Assembly (NCBI RefSeq): GCF_004010195.1
Contig: NC_057728.1
Coordinates: forward strand, 53,075,723-53,113,855
Direction of reading: 5' to 3'
DNA from: Chiloscyllium plagiosum
Taxonomy: Eukaryota
Length of the DNA: 38,133 nt
In this document: one piece after another, positions 22,968 to 34,020 of the stretch
How the letters are laid out: the number at the start of each line of letters is the position of its first letter
Numbering within the stretch: the stretch's first letter is position 1
Translations under genes and position numbers: made by a program
The notes under the pieces: model-generated
The model's database searches: none
What the model was told of the DNA's origin: nothing
Seen by the model: the letters and a program-made list of their open reading frames with translations, nothing else

Positions 22968-23164
22968 CAAGTTAAAAATCACACAATGCCAGGTTATAGT
23001 CCAACAGATTTATTTGGAAGTACTAGCTTTCAGAGCACTGCTCCTTCATCAGGTGGTAATGAAGGCTAGTGCTTCCAAATAAACCTGTTGGACTATAACC
23101 TGGTGTTGTATGATTTTTAACTTGGTACACCCCAGTCCAACACCGGCACCTCTAAATCATGCCA
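22968..23164. mobile_element. Fold-back PLE-derived element (family B) with hammerhead and 9-bp TSD
   Basis: 60-bp inverted arms at 22968-23027 and 23065-23124; HHR core on minus strand 23052-23028; TSD CCCAAGAAC at 22959-22967 and 23165-23173. Confidence 0.88.
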
Positions 23165-23532
23165 CCCAAGAACAGTCCTTTGATGGGTGGAGATTACTCA
23201 TGATATCAGCTAAACCTTTCAGATCTTGACTGTCTTATGCAACATACAGAGCAAAGACATAAAATGAGGTTTTTAGACCGAATGATCTTGCATTCGGTGT
23301 GGTGTGATTTTACAGCACTGATGATACTACACCGGAGGGAAATATTTCATACAGTTTTCCATACTATCTTATAAACTTGCCCTGCCTTCTGCAAGGATTT
23401 GGGAATATGCACCCCGCATTCCTCTGTTCCTGCACCTGCTTGAATTAGTTTAGAGTATTCAGCTCCTTCAGGTTGTACTTATTAAAAAGCATCATGCCAT
23501 ACCTACAGGAATCTTACACTTGCTAACAGAGG

Positions 23533-23619
23533 GTCCTTGGATGCTGTCTGACCTGCTGCGCTTTTCCAGCAACACATTTTTCAGCTCTGATCTCCAGCAT
23601 CTGCAGTCCTCACTTTCTC
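23533..23619 (+). mobile_element. PLE family A 3' tail with 10-bp TSD
   Basis: TSD CTAACAGAGG at 23523-23532 and 23620-23629. Confidence 0.85.
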
Positions 23620-23959
23620 CTAACAGAGGCTTTGCCTGGAATCAATACATGTAAAGTTTGTTATTTATTGAAAGCGAACAACAAGGACAATTTATGAATG
23701 AAATAGAAATATTAATGTAGAATCAACAGATGGTAGAAGTTCAATGACCCCCTATCCAGGCATAGATTCCTGATCTGAATAGTCTGGGATGAAGACCTTT
23801 GTCTTTGTTGGTTAACATTTCAATTTCCTGTGAGGCACTGAAATGAGGTAACTGGACATATCAATAAAACCTAGTTAATTGTACATGAACTGAATTAAAT
23901 CACAGTATTTTTCCTGTCTTTGCAGAAGCAAAATGGCCTCTAATGTGGGCAGGTGTTGG

Positions 23960-24240
23960 CGGGGGGGTTATACAGAAGTGTGAGACTCCAGAAGGTGGTG
24001 TGGTAGGATTGAAGGGTGGAGTGAGATTAAAGAAGGGAGTGAGAGGGAGCGGAAAGTGTGGGGAGGGTGAAGGGTATCAGCAGTAGAGAGAGAGTGGCAG
24101 GCCGTGGGTGTGTGAGGGAGGAGGGAATGGAGGAATGGTGAATGGTCAGGGTGAATGAAGGGCGAATGGCAAAATGGGGACTAAGAAGATGTGGGAGTGA
24201 GAGGTGAGCTCGGGGGTTACTGCTTGTGAGTGAGGATGTA
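23960..24240. repeat. G/A-rich low-complexity tract
   Basis: Strong purine bias, no clear period. Confidence 0.55.
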
Positions 24241-24599
24241 GATCACTGTCAAGATTTAAATGGAGTTAAACTAGGGGCTTTGGGAGTCAGAAAATCATCA
24301 AATTATTAATTAATAACTCTGTGAATAAATGAACAATTTTTCTGCATAATGCGCAACAAAAGTAGAAAAGTTAATAACTTATGTAATAAAAGTAATGAAT
24401 GATAAAAAATTATAGAAAGACTTTGTTAATGGGAGGTGAAGCTTTTCCTTATATTCCTTTTCCATTGGGTCCTGTGCCTATTTCCAGGCCTGGGCACTAA
24501 AATGGGCAGCTCATCCTAGATTCCTACCATTGGCTGCCTGAAACTGTGTGCTGGGGGATGTGTGAGATTTCTCTATAATTCCTTAATCTTCCCTTGCTT

Positions 24600-24937
24600 A
24601 TTTTTAATTCATTCATAGTGTGTAGGTGTCACTGGCAAAGCCAGCATTTCTTGCCTATTCCTAAGTTCCCTTGAACTGAGCAATTTGCGAGTGCATTTCA
24701 AAGAGCAATTAAGAGTCACCTACATTGCAGTGAGTCTGGAGTTACATGTAGGCCAGACCAGGTTTTCTTCTCTAAAAGACATTAACAAACCAGCTAGGAA
24801 TTTATGACATTCAATGAGAGTTTCAGTGTCACAGTCACTGGGACTGACTTTAGTTTTGAATTTAAATTCCATTAGCTGCCATGCTGGGATTTGAACCTTT
24901 GTCTCTGGAGCAGTCCCTCTAGTCCAATGACACTATG
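24600..24937 (-). mobile_element. Shark tRNA-derived SINE sharing its 3' tail with the second CR1-group family
   Basis: GGGATTTGAACC (B box on minus strand); core CTGGAGTTACATGTAGGCCAGACCAGG; tail ATTCATTCAT..GCCAGCATTT as at 8080. Confidence 0.7.
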
Positions 24938-25639
24938 TTATGCCCAGACTTGGGTGAACTTCCCCAAGTTGTTAAGCTTCCAGATGAGATACTGCAAAGA
25001 GTTAAGCGCCTGAGTGAAGAGGAATGAATTGGTTCCCCTCCTTTATCTATGCACCCACACCCGGTTAGTTGCAACAAGCTTAATTTAAAAATGGATCCCA
25101 GATCCAAATGAACTTATGTTTTAAAGGGAATGAATTTGACCAGGTTTCCTTGACTTAACAGAAGGTGAGGTTTTTAATGGTTACATGCGAGAAGAATCAG
25201 TAACACCTCCATTAGAAGTAAAAAGTGAGTCCAAATAGATAAAAGAAAAAAAACGGATTGACATTGGTTGTTAAACAGTTGATTTCAAGATTCTTAGTTT
25301 TACAGATTTGTTGATTTTCTGTTGTTCTGATTCATTTTGTCCATGACTGAATTCTAGCATTTAGGATGAAAGAGGGTTCTTTTGTTGTCTTATTTCTTTT
25401 TGTCTGCCTTCTGAACTGATTTCTAGCACTCAGAATGAATCTTTTTACTTGCAGCACAAGGTTGACCAAAGGATAATTCTTCAACCTTGACTATCACAAC
25501 ATGATAATGCTCAAACCAAGGCTTGCTTGCAGTCTCAATCATGGTCACTGCCATCAATGGTGCTGTTGTGACAGTGGGGACCTGCTGGTTGCACGCTGAG
25601 GTGACACTACTGCCCACATGTTAATCAGAAAAATATTAT

Positions 25640-26915
25640 TACTGTATCAATAGGGGCATAGGGGACAGGAGGAAGGAAGTGATATTGAAAATATTAAAAA
25701 CATTTGTTAGACCTCAGATGGAGTATTGTGTACAGTTCTGGGCATCGCATTATAGGAAGGATGTGAATGCATTGGAGACAGATTTACAAGAATGGTCCCA
25801 TGGAGGAGAAATGTTATTCATGAGGATTAATTGAGGAAATTGGGACCATTCTCACTGGTCTTAGGATGGCTAAGGGAAGATCTGATAGAGCTTTCCAAAA
25901 TCATGAGTGGGCTGGATGCAAGAGATAGGAGAAGTTATGAACCTGAAGGTATATATTCAAAGTGACTTGCAAAAAAGGCAAATGTGTGACAAGAAAAATC
26001 AATTTTTAAATAGTTAGTAATTAGCGTTTGGAATGCACAACCTGGAAGGGTGATGGAGGCAGATTCAATTGAGGCATTCAAGAGGGTTTAAAATTGTGGT
26101 GCTGGAAAAACACAGCGTGTCAGGCAGCATTTGAGGAGCAGGACAATCAACATTTTGGGCATAAGCCCTTCACCAGGTATAGATAGATGCGGTTGGGGGA
26201 TGATGGTGATAGGTTGGAACGGAGGATGGAGCAGATAGGTGAGAAGGAAGATGGACATGTAGGACAGTTCAAGATGACGGTGCAGAGTTGGAAGGTTGGA
26301 TCTGGGATGAGGTGGAGGGAGGAGAGATGAGGAAACTGGTGAAATCAACATTGATGCCGTGTGGTTGGAGGGTCCAAGGTAGAAGGTGAGGCATTCTTCC
26401 TCCAGGTGTCAGGTGGCTAAGATTTGGCGGTGGAGGAGGCCCAGGACTTGCATGTCCTTGGTGGAGTGGGAGGGGGAGTTGAAGTAGTTGGTCACAGGCA
26501 GTGGGGTTGTTTAGTGCATGTCCCAGAGATATGCTCTAAAATGTTCTGTGAGTTGGCGTCCTGTTTCCCCAAAGTACAGGAGACTACATCAAGATCAACA
26601 GACACAATAGATAAGGTGTTTAGGTGTGCAGGAAAATCTCTGCTGGATGTGGAAGGATCCTTTGGGGCCTTGGACAGAGGTGAGGGGGAGGTATGGGCGC
26701 AGGTTTTACACTTCTTGCATCAGCAAGGGAAGGTGCCGGGAGGGGAGAGTGGGTTAGTGGGGGGGCATTCAAGAGGGTATTTGGATAAAAATAATATGCA
26801 AGGGCTTGGTAGGAAAAGCAGCAGATTGACGAGAGGTAATAAATCTCATGTGAAAAGACGGTGTAGGCATAATGGGCTGAACGGCCTCTTTTTGTGTTAA
26901 AACATTTCTATGACT
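25640..26915 (+). mobile_element. Old CR1 3' fragment interrupted by a PLE (26088-26763)
   Basis: VRPQMEYCVQFWASHYRKDV; the sequence resumes after the TSD and ends GGGCTGAACGGCCTC..TTCTATGACTCT. Confidence 0.75.
26088..26763 (-). mobile_element. Penelope-like element, 5'-truncated (Cys linker + GIY-YIG + tail), perfect 15-bp TSD
   Basis: Minus strand PGTFPC*CKKCKTC and HLIYCVC..LLYFGETGRQLTEHFRAYL; degenerate HHR 26176-26153; TSD GGCATTCAAGAGGGT at 26073-26087 and 26764-26778. Confidence 0.9.
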
Positions 26916-27599
26916 CTGGAGGGCAATGAATATTGGCTTTGCCAGTCAGATGCACGTTCCAAGAAAAAAATGTGAAACAAAATCATGCAGTGAAAGCTGA
27001 AATTGGAAATTTGATTTTAAAGATATTCTGATTAAACCTCTCAGTAAGCCAGTCTGAACCGTAATAAATTATCTCCCCCTACCAACCCAGTTCAAGTGTT
27101 TGAAAATGTCAAAGGGCGATGGATGGTTCCTGCAGAGATTAGCAATCTTTCAAACCACAGAGAAAAATATCACATGATTCATACAGACATTGAAGACACT
27201 GATCGGAAAGACAACCACACACTGTTTTGAACTATTTTAACATTTTGCCTCACACTTATGTGTCTGTTTAAAGGCACAGTACATTCATTGTCTTTGTTTT
27301 TGCAGCTCTCATGCAGCTGATAAATATCCAAGAACTTTATCATGGAGGAAGACTCCTTTTCTGTCAATGTGATTACAAGGGCTAAGTAATGAAATGAGCT
27401 TCACTGTACCTGGTGACAGTGAATTAGATGAGGTTGGGAGTAAAGATCACAGAGGCTGAACATACTGAGTTTCAGTTCAGTGGTTTATCCCTTTTTGTAA
27501 TTCCTCAGCTGCGGTCAGCTGACTGTTCCTGTCTTTGAGTTTTTCAGGCTACTCATTGGACTGCCCCTGAACCAGCCATGCAGATGTGAAGATAAAGGG

Positions 27600-28246
27600 C
27601 AGCACTGGGGACACAAGTTCGATTCCACCCTTGGGCAACTGTCTTTGTAGTTTGCACATTATCCCCATATCTTCATGGATTTCCTCTGGGTGCTCCGGCC
27701 TCCTCCTAAAGTCCAAAGATGCGCAAGTTAAGTGGATTGGCAATGCTAAATTGCCCCACAATGTCCAGAGATGTGCAGGGTAGGTGGATTAGCCATCGGG
27801 TGTGTAGGGTTACAGGGATATGGTGAGGGTCTGGTTTGATTAGATTAGATTAGATTCCCTACAGTGTGAAAACAGGCCCCTCGGCCCAACCAGTCCACAC
27901 CAACCCTCCAAAGAGTAACCCACTCAGGCCCCTTTCCCTCTGACTAATGCACCTAACACTGTGGGCAATTTAGCTTGGCCAATTCACCTGACCTGCACAT
28001 CTTTGGACTGTGGGAGGAAACCGGAGCACCCAGAGGAAACCTACGCAGACACGGGGAGATTGTGCAAACTCCACACAGACAGTTGCTTGAGGCTGGAATC
28101 GAACCTGGAACCCTGGTGCTGTGAAGCAGCAGTGCTAACCACTGAGCCACCATTAGCATCCCACCGATTAGGTGGGATGCTCTTCAGAGGGTCAGTGCAG
28201 ATTTGATGAGCTGAATGGCCTCTTTCTGCACTATACGGATTGTATT
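27600..28246 (+). mobile_element. HE1 SINE interrupted by an antisense HE1
   Basis: GTTCGATTCC B box and V-domain at 27600-27834; 3' tail resumes at ~28170 (GGTGGGATGCTCTTCAGAGGG). Confidence 0.8.
27835..28152 (-). mobile_element. HE1 SINE, younger, nested
   Basis: Minus strand ATGGTGGCTCAGTGGTTAGC..GGTTCGATTCC, V-domain, (CTAAT)n tail. Confidence 0.92.
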
Positions 28247-28397
28247 ATATATATTTACATATGTGTAAGATAAGCCAGAGTCAAATTTTTAATAAAGGAC
28301 ACAATTAGTTGGTAGTAGCTCAGGGAAGGTGAGGAAAAGCAGGAAACATGTCAATTCTAGAATCAAAGGTTCACAATTTGTCAAACTTGATATCTAT

Positions 28398-28620
28398 TTA
28401 GAATCATGCAGTGCAGAGGGAAGGCCATTTGGACTCCAGCATCTGTGCTAGCTCAGAGCTTTGAAAGAACTCACCATTGCTGTTTCCCACAGCGCTTCAA
28501 CGTCTTCCTTTTACAAGTCCAATTCCATATCTAATTCCCATCTCAACAGTGATGATTGAACCTACTGTTGCCATTCTTTCAGGCAGTGCTCTTCAGATTG
28601 GAGCAACTCACTGCCTAAAT
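28398..28620 (-). mobile_element. Old CR1 3' end
   Basis: TAGAATCAT..AGGCCATTTGG tail-like start; weak similarity. Confidence 0.4.
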
Positions 28621-29113
28621 TGAAAATGGTAAACATTTCTTAAAAAGAGATTTCAATTCAATGTTCACTGGGGTAGTGGTATGTCATTTGGCCATAATTC
28701 ACCCCCAACCCAATTCCTCTTTTCTTTTTTTGTGATTTGATGCTTTATGTGCCACTAATTTCCCTCCATTGATTTTTGGTTTTAGAGTTTAGGCAGTAAG
28801 GTCACATTTATCACCCATCACTGCTGGCCAGCAATTGTTCTGACGCAGTAGGACTTGCACCACAGGACGTCCCAAACGTAGATAAAAAGTCAATGTGAAA
28901 CCCAGTCTCAAACCTCACAAACTAGAGCCAAATACACAGGAATAAAAACAACCTCGTACAGACTGAAACCGTCTTTGTCATCAAGTGAATTCAATATTTA
29001 GGGACAACAGAATCAAGTGTCTTCAGAACATTGAGAGCAGTGCAAGCTAACAGCTCCACCCATCCCCCTACACTGACTTCAGTTGCAGAATGCAATTGGT
29101 TGAGAACATTGAG

Positions 29114-29152
29114 CCTGACCTGCTGTGCTTTTCCAGTGCCACACTTTTCCAG
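29114..29152 (+). mobile_element. Tiny PLE family A tail with 7-bp TSD
   Basis: CCTGACCTGCTGTGCTTTTCCAG..CACACTTTT; CATTGAG at 29107-29113 and 29153-29159. Confidence 0.65.
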
Positions 29153-29439
29153 CATTGAGACTTGGGGCTAACGTCTGACATCGATGTAGACCGTAAATTG
29201 CTCTCTCCCTTTCTTTTAATGAATACTTGTCTGTTGCAATGATGTAAGAATCCGTATCAGACTACAACAAACACTAAAATTCATTGGGAAGCTAAATCAG
29301 GTCAAAGTTATCACAATTTGGTCAAGTGGATAACAGAGAAACGACTCTCACCGCCTTTGTGGGGGGGAATCGAGACTGAGGAAGCCAAAATCTAAAAATT
29401 CAAGCTGTTTGTGGAGGAAAGACCTTTTCACACAGAGTA

Positions 29440-29935
29440 GAGTCATAGAGTCATTCAGCGCAGAAACAGACCCTTCAGTCCAACTTGTCCATGCCAAGTT
29501 TCTCAAACTAAGTTAGTCCCATTTGCCTGCATTTGACCTATATCTCGAAACTTTTCCTATCCTTGTGCCTGTCCAAATGTCTTTTAAATGTAGTCATTAT
29601 ACTCACCTTCATCACTTCCTTTGGCAGTTTGTTCCATACATGCACTGGCCTCTGTGTGAAAACATTGCCCCTTTTAAATCTTTCCCCTCTCACTTTAAAG
29701 CTATGTCCTCTAGTTTTGGACTCCCTCACCCTGGAGAAAAGACTTTGGCTATTCATCTTATCTATGCCCCTCATGATTTTATAAACCTCTATAAGGTCAC
29801 CCCTCAAACTCCTATGCCCCAAGGAAAACATTCCCTGCCTATCCTTGCGACTCAAACCCTCCAGACTCAGTAAATCTTTTCCGTACGCTTTCCAGTTTAG
29901 TAATATCCTTCCAAATCAGGAAGACAAGAATTGTC
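29440..29935 (-). mobile_element. HER1-type CR1 3' fragment
   Basis: LRGDLIEVYKIMRGID..TRGHSFK; GAGTCATAGAGTCAT tail. Confidence 0.9.
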
Positions 29936-30090
29936 TGCAGAGGAACTATGTTTGGAACTTTCTCCCTTCAAAGGAGTGTGAGTGTTAAGGATGTGGGGGG
30001 ATGGTGGTTGCAGGCTGGTGGGATGGGATCAATTGAAGCCTCCGAACTTGAGATCACTACATTTCTATCGAGTTGAGCATCAATGAATCT

Positions 30091-30218
30091 TCCTGATGAA
30101 GAGCTTATCCCCGAAACATTGATTCTCCTGCTCCTTAGATGCTCCCTGACCGGCTGTGCTTTTCCAGCACCACACTTTTCGACTCTGATCTCCAGCATCT
30201 TCAGTCCTCACTTTCTCC
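30091..30218 (+). mobile_element. Short PLE family A element starting at the hammerhead
   Basis: CTGATGA 30093-30099, GAAA 30113-30116 (stem II degenerate); ends CACTTTCTCC. Confidence 0.85.
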
Positions 30219-30884
30219 TAACTGGTGAGGACGGGCAGTAGGGAGCTTGGAGGTTGTAACTTTTCTTGGGAGAGCGCGGGTAAAGCTTTGCAAAAACATG
30301 AATCTATGAGGGAAGAATTCACAGCCATGATTTATTTACTGGAGTTGATTTTATTGCTCAGGTTCTGGTTCCAGTATAAGGTGCATTAATGTTCGCTCAG
30401 AAAGATCTGATCTGAATGAAGCAGTGTTTCCATTAAATTCTGCTCTAATTTAGTTTGCTCACTGAGGAATAATAAATTACTTGGACCTGGGTATAATATA
30501 TTCTTCTTTGTTCCAAAGGCACCATTTGCATTAGTTAATTCACACCAGTCTGCTCCAAATCCCTGCTGAGATGTACATAACAGGTAGTTTGCCCATTTAA
30601 AATGCATTCATCTCTGATTGTGAACAACAGAAAAAAAGCATACTTCAATGTCATTGCTTTGGTCTTTATCTGCAGTCTTTAGTTGACTGACCTGAATGCA
30701 ACACGACCCCCTTCACACACACCCTCATTACCCACTCAAGGGTCCTGCTGTTGCTGCCAAGCCCTTTCTGCCCCCATTTGTGAGCAGCCTTTCCCTGTTT
30801 GAATATCATATGTTGAAAGTTTGGGGATGGTTGTGGTTAATGCCTTTGCTCAATGCACCAGTTGGCCACAAGAAAATGGATAGA

Positions 30885-31100
30885 ATTACATTTACATAGC
30901 ACCATTCAAATCACATGCCCATTTACTTTACAGCCAATCTATTCCATTTTGGAGAGTCATCACTGTTGCAATGCAGGAAGTGGTGCAACTAATTTGTGCA
31001 CAGTGAGGTAACAGAAACAGCAATGTGATTGTGATGAGACAATCAGAAACATTGAGTGAGGGATGCATACTGGACACAACATCAATTAAAGAGCTCAAGC
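30885..31100 (-). mobile_element. Deu-SINE 3' part, decayed
   Basis: Reverse-complement similarity to 12760-12890 and 32560-32700. Confidence 0.55.
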
Positions 31101-31122
31101 ATTCCAGAATTTCAAGAAAAAA

Positions 31123-31414
31123 GGGCGGCATGGTGGCTCAGTGGTTAGCATTGCTGCCTCACAGTGCCAGGACCCAGGTTTGATTCTAGCCTTGGGCAAC
31201 TGTCTGTGTGGAGTTTGTACATTCGCCCCATGTCTGCGTGGGTTACCTCCCACAGTCCAAAGATGTGAAGTTCAGGTGAGTTGTCCATTCTAAATTGCTG
31301 AGTGTTAGGTGCATTAGTCAGAGGAAAATGAATCTGGGTGGGTTACTCTTTGGAGGGTTGGTGTGGACCTGTTGGGCCGAAGGGCCTGTTTCCACACTGT
31401 AGAGAATCTAATCT
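31123..31414 (+). mobile_element. HE1 SINE, near full length
   Basis: GGGCGGCATGGTGGCTCAGTGGTTAGC, B box, V-domain, HER1-like tail, AATCTAATCTA. Confidence 0.92.
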
Positions 31415-31584
31415 AAAAAAATTGTTGGTATTCCTGAATGGAGGGAGAAAAATGAAGAGATAGAGGAACTGGTTGATTAAAAGTGAGAGAGAGGTGGGAT
31501 GCAATTTAATCTCAGATGTAAGCACCAAAATGGGTGGCCTATTCCTGTGTCACTATTTTGATGTACTTATATATGTGTTCTTTC

Positions 31585-31960
31585 AGAAGGATGTGAAAGT
31601 GTTTGTGAGAGGGCAAAAGAGATTCACAAGAATGAGGATTTACAATTGTGTAGTTGGATTGGAGAAGCTGGATATGAGAAGGCTGAGAGGCGATCAAATT
31701 GAAATATTTAAAATCAGGAGAGGTCTTGAAAAATGAAAGGGAGATAACGTTCCTATTTGTGAAAGGATCAGAAATGAAAGGACACAGAATTAAAGTAATT
31801 TAAAGTACTTATAGCAAAACTGTCATGAGCAAAACGTTTTTCATGCACTGAATGATTCGGATCTGGATGCATTGCCTGAGAGTATGGTTGAGGCAGGGTC
31901 ATTCAACAAAGAATTAGATGGCTATTGGAAAAGGAAGAATACCCAGGGCTTCTGAGAGAA
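31585..31960 (+). mobile_element. Old CR1 3' fragment
   Basis: KDVKVFVRGQKRFTRM..RRLRGDQIEIFKI. Confidence 0.7.
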
Positions 31961-31999
31961 GACAGGAGACCAGCAGAAGGTGAGGTGATCAGTTGGCGA

Positions 32000-32316
32000 G
32001 GAGAAAGTGAGAACTGCAGATGCTGGGGTTCAGAGCTGAAAATGTGTTGCTGGAAAAGCGCAGAAGGTCAGGCAGCATCCAAGGAGCAGGAGAATCGACG
32101 TTTTGGGCATGAGCCCTTCTTCAGGAGTGAGGAAAATGTGTCCAGCAGGCTAAGATAAAAGGTAGGGAGGAGGGACTTGGGAAAGGAGCGTTGGAAATGC
32201 GATAGGTGGAAGGAGGGTAAGGTGAGGGTGATAGGCCGGAGTGGGGGTGGGGGCGGAGAGGTCAGGAAGAAGATTGCAGATTAGGAAGGTGGTGCTGAGT
32301 TCAGCAGAACTCAGCA
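32000..32316 (-). mobile_element. PLE family A 3' fragment
   Basis: Near-identical to 37832-38133; HHR 32124-32101 with GAAA changed to AAAA. Confidence 0.88.
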
Positions 32317-32479
32317 TAACAATTCTATGATTCTGCAAAGTGCCTAATCCATAACTGATGAATTGAATGATCTAACCAGATGGAAACTAGTCAAGCAGGA
32401 TGCATTTGTACCCTAGGCCATTTTTAACTTCTCTAAAAGCTAATACTAGACTTCAAACTACCTCAGCCTTGACCTTACC

Positions 32480-32712
32480 AAGCCCTCTCAGGTAAATGTC
32501 AACGATCCTATGGCACTATTTTAAAGGCAAGCTGGGGAGTTTTCCCTGGAGATTTAGCCAATATTTATTCTTCAAACAACATTATGATCTGATTATTATT
32601 ATATTACTGTTGATGGGAGTTTGCACAAATCTTTTGCACCATTTCCGACATTGCAAAATAAAGTAGTTTATTGATCATAAAATGCCTTTAATATGAAATG
32701 CAAGTCTTTCTC
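32480..32712 (+). mobile_element. Deu-SINE fragment
   Basis: CCCTCTCAGGTAAATGTCAACGATCCTATGGCACTATTT..GGGGAGTTTTCCCTGG..GCCAATATTTAT. Confidence 0.75.
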
Positions 32713-33184
32713 CTTTCTGTCACACTAATATTAAAAATCAGTGGCATCTTCACAGATTCATTTATTTTCATTATAGACCATTATTTACTCTCCTAACTGG
32801 ACAGGAACAGAAATAAGACAACACTTTTTAAGTGACACTGTCAGATCTAATTTCTGCAATTTATTTTAATTTTAGTATGTAATCTCCCACTCCCTACCCC
32901 GAAACTGCCTGCTTCAACTGAGAATATCGAGTCTTCCTGCACAAGTTTCCCGTGTGTTTTACAAAGTACATGATTTTAATATCATCAGATGGCAAATATT
33001 TTAAAATGAAGTTCTGCAGCTGATGCACTGGCCCTGGATTCTGTCTGCAGACAATTGGCAGAAATCAGTAGCCAGTATCAATGAGGCTTCAAGCACACTT
33101 TGCCCTCCCCCACCAGAATATCAGCCCATTTTATGAAAGCATCATAGACCAGCCAGTTGCTGGACTGATTCAATATGCATTAAC

Positions 33185-33250
33185 AACGATGACTTGACCT
33201 AATCAACGTTCTTGATGAAGACCATGGACAGACTTTCTCCTCATGGCATC
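33185..33250 (-). mobile_element. Possible RTE 3' tail
   Basis: Minus strand CCATGGTCTTCATCAAGAACGTTGAT, resembling RTE tails (recall). Confidence 0.35.
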
Positions 33251-33406
33251 TTCCATCACTAGCAGTGACATTATATAAGAATTGGGCTAAAGTCTTGATT
33301 CTAATAAGATGATTCCAATTGTAAGGATGGGACCCTGTAGTTTGGTGCAAGAGCTGAACATACACTTAAGTGCTTGCAAACTGTTACTGGTTTATAGAAT
33401 CATAGA

Positions 33407-33500
33407 GTGGTCAGTGTAGAGTAGAGGGGATTACGGTGTTAAAAGCAAGATAGCAGGCGTGCACTCCATCTCTCGTTACTCCCACTACTCTACTGACCAC
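33407..33500. repeat. Imperfect inverted repeat (hairpin)
   Basis: GTGGTCAGTGTAGAGTAGAGGGGATTACG pairs with CGTTACTCCCACTACTCTACTGACCAC. Confidence 0.8.
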
Positions 33501-34020
33501 ATAACATAACTTTAAATGTTCCAGTTAGTTTCCAACATGGACAGTTTGATATTTTCGCTATATTAGGCTCAAAATCTATCCTATTCATTTTATAAACAAC
33601 AAAGTGATTGATTTAGTGTGAAACAAAATGGATTTGGCAAAGCTGTAAAGCTAATTAACATACAGTTTTAACCGTGAATGTATAAATCTCAAACATTCTA
33701 AATACCTCAAATGCACTCACATGTAAAATTAACACCCAGAAAAATAGAAAACAAATGTGCTTCTCTCTGCAGAAATTTACCTTGAAACAAGAAATGCTTT
33801 GAGTCACAGAGTCATAGAGATGTACAGCGAGTCAATAATAGTTAGTTCATGCAGGCAAGATACATAAGGTGCAGACTGCTCAGAAGGTTGTTGGTTTGGC
33901 ATTCTAGGACATGTAGGAAGGTATCACAAACATAGGCAGTTGTCTCTTGGATCTTTGCAACCTCCAGTTTACTTGGAAAACATAGTATTGAGAAAACGTC
34001 TAGTCTCTCTTCAAGGAGAC

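Noticed and set aside
24937..25210. LTR starting TGTTATG
   Set aside because: No confident matching end or TSD.
27290..27390. Coding exon after TTTGTTTTTGCAG
   Set aside because: All three frames hit stops before or at the nearest weak donor.
31123..31195. tRNA gene (also 2630-2700, 17050-17115 and 28085-28152)
   Set aside because: A/B boxes are SINE heads continuing into SINE bodies.
33030..33127. Harbinger-type MITE
   Set aside because: Putative TIRs (GGCCCTGGATTCT / AGAATATCAGCCC) are too degenerate to support.
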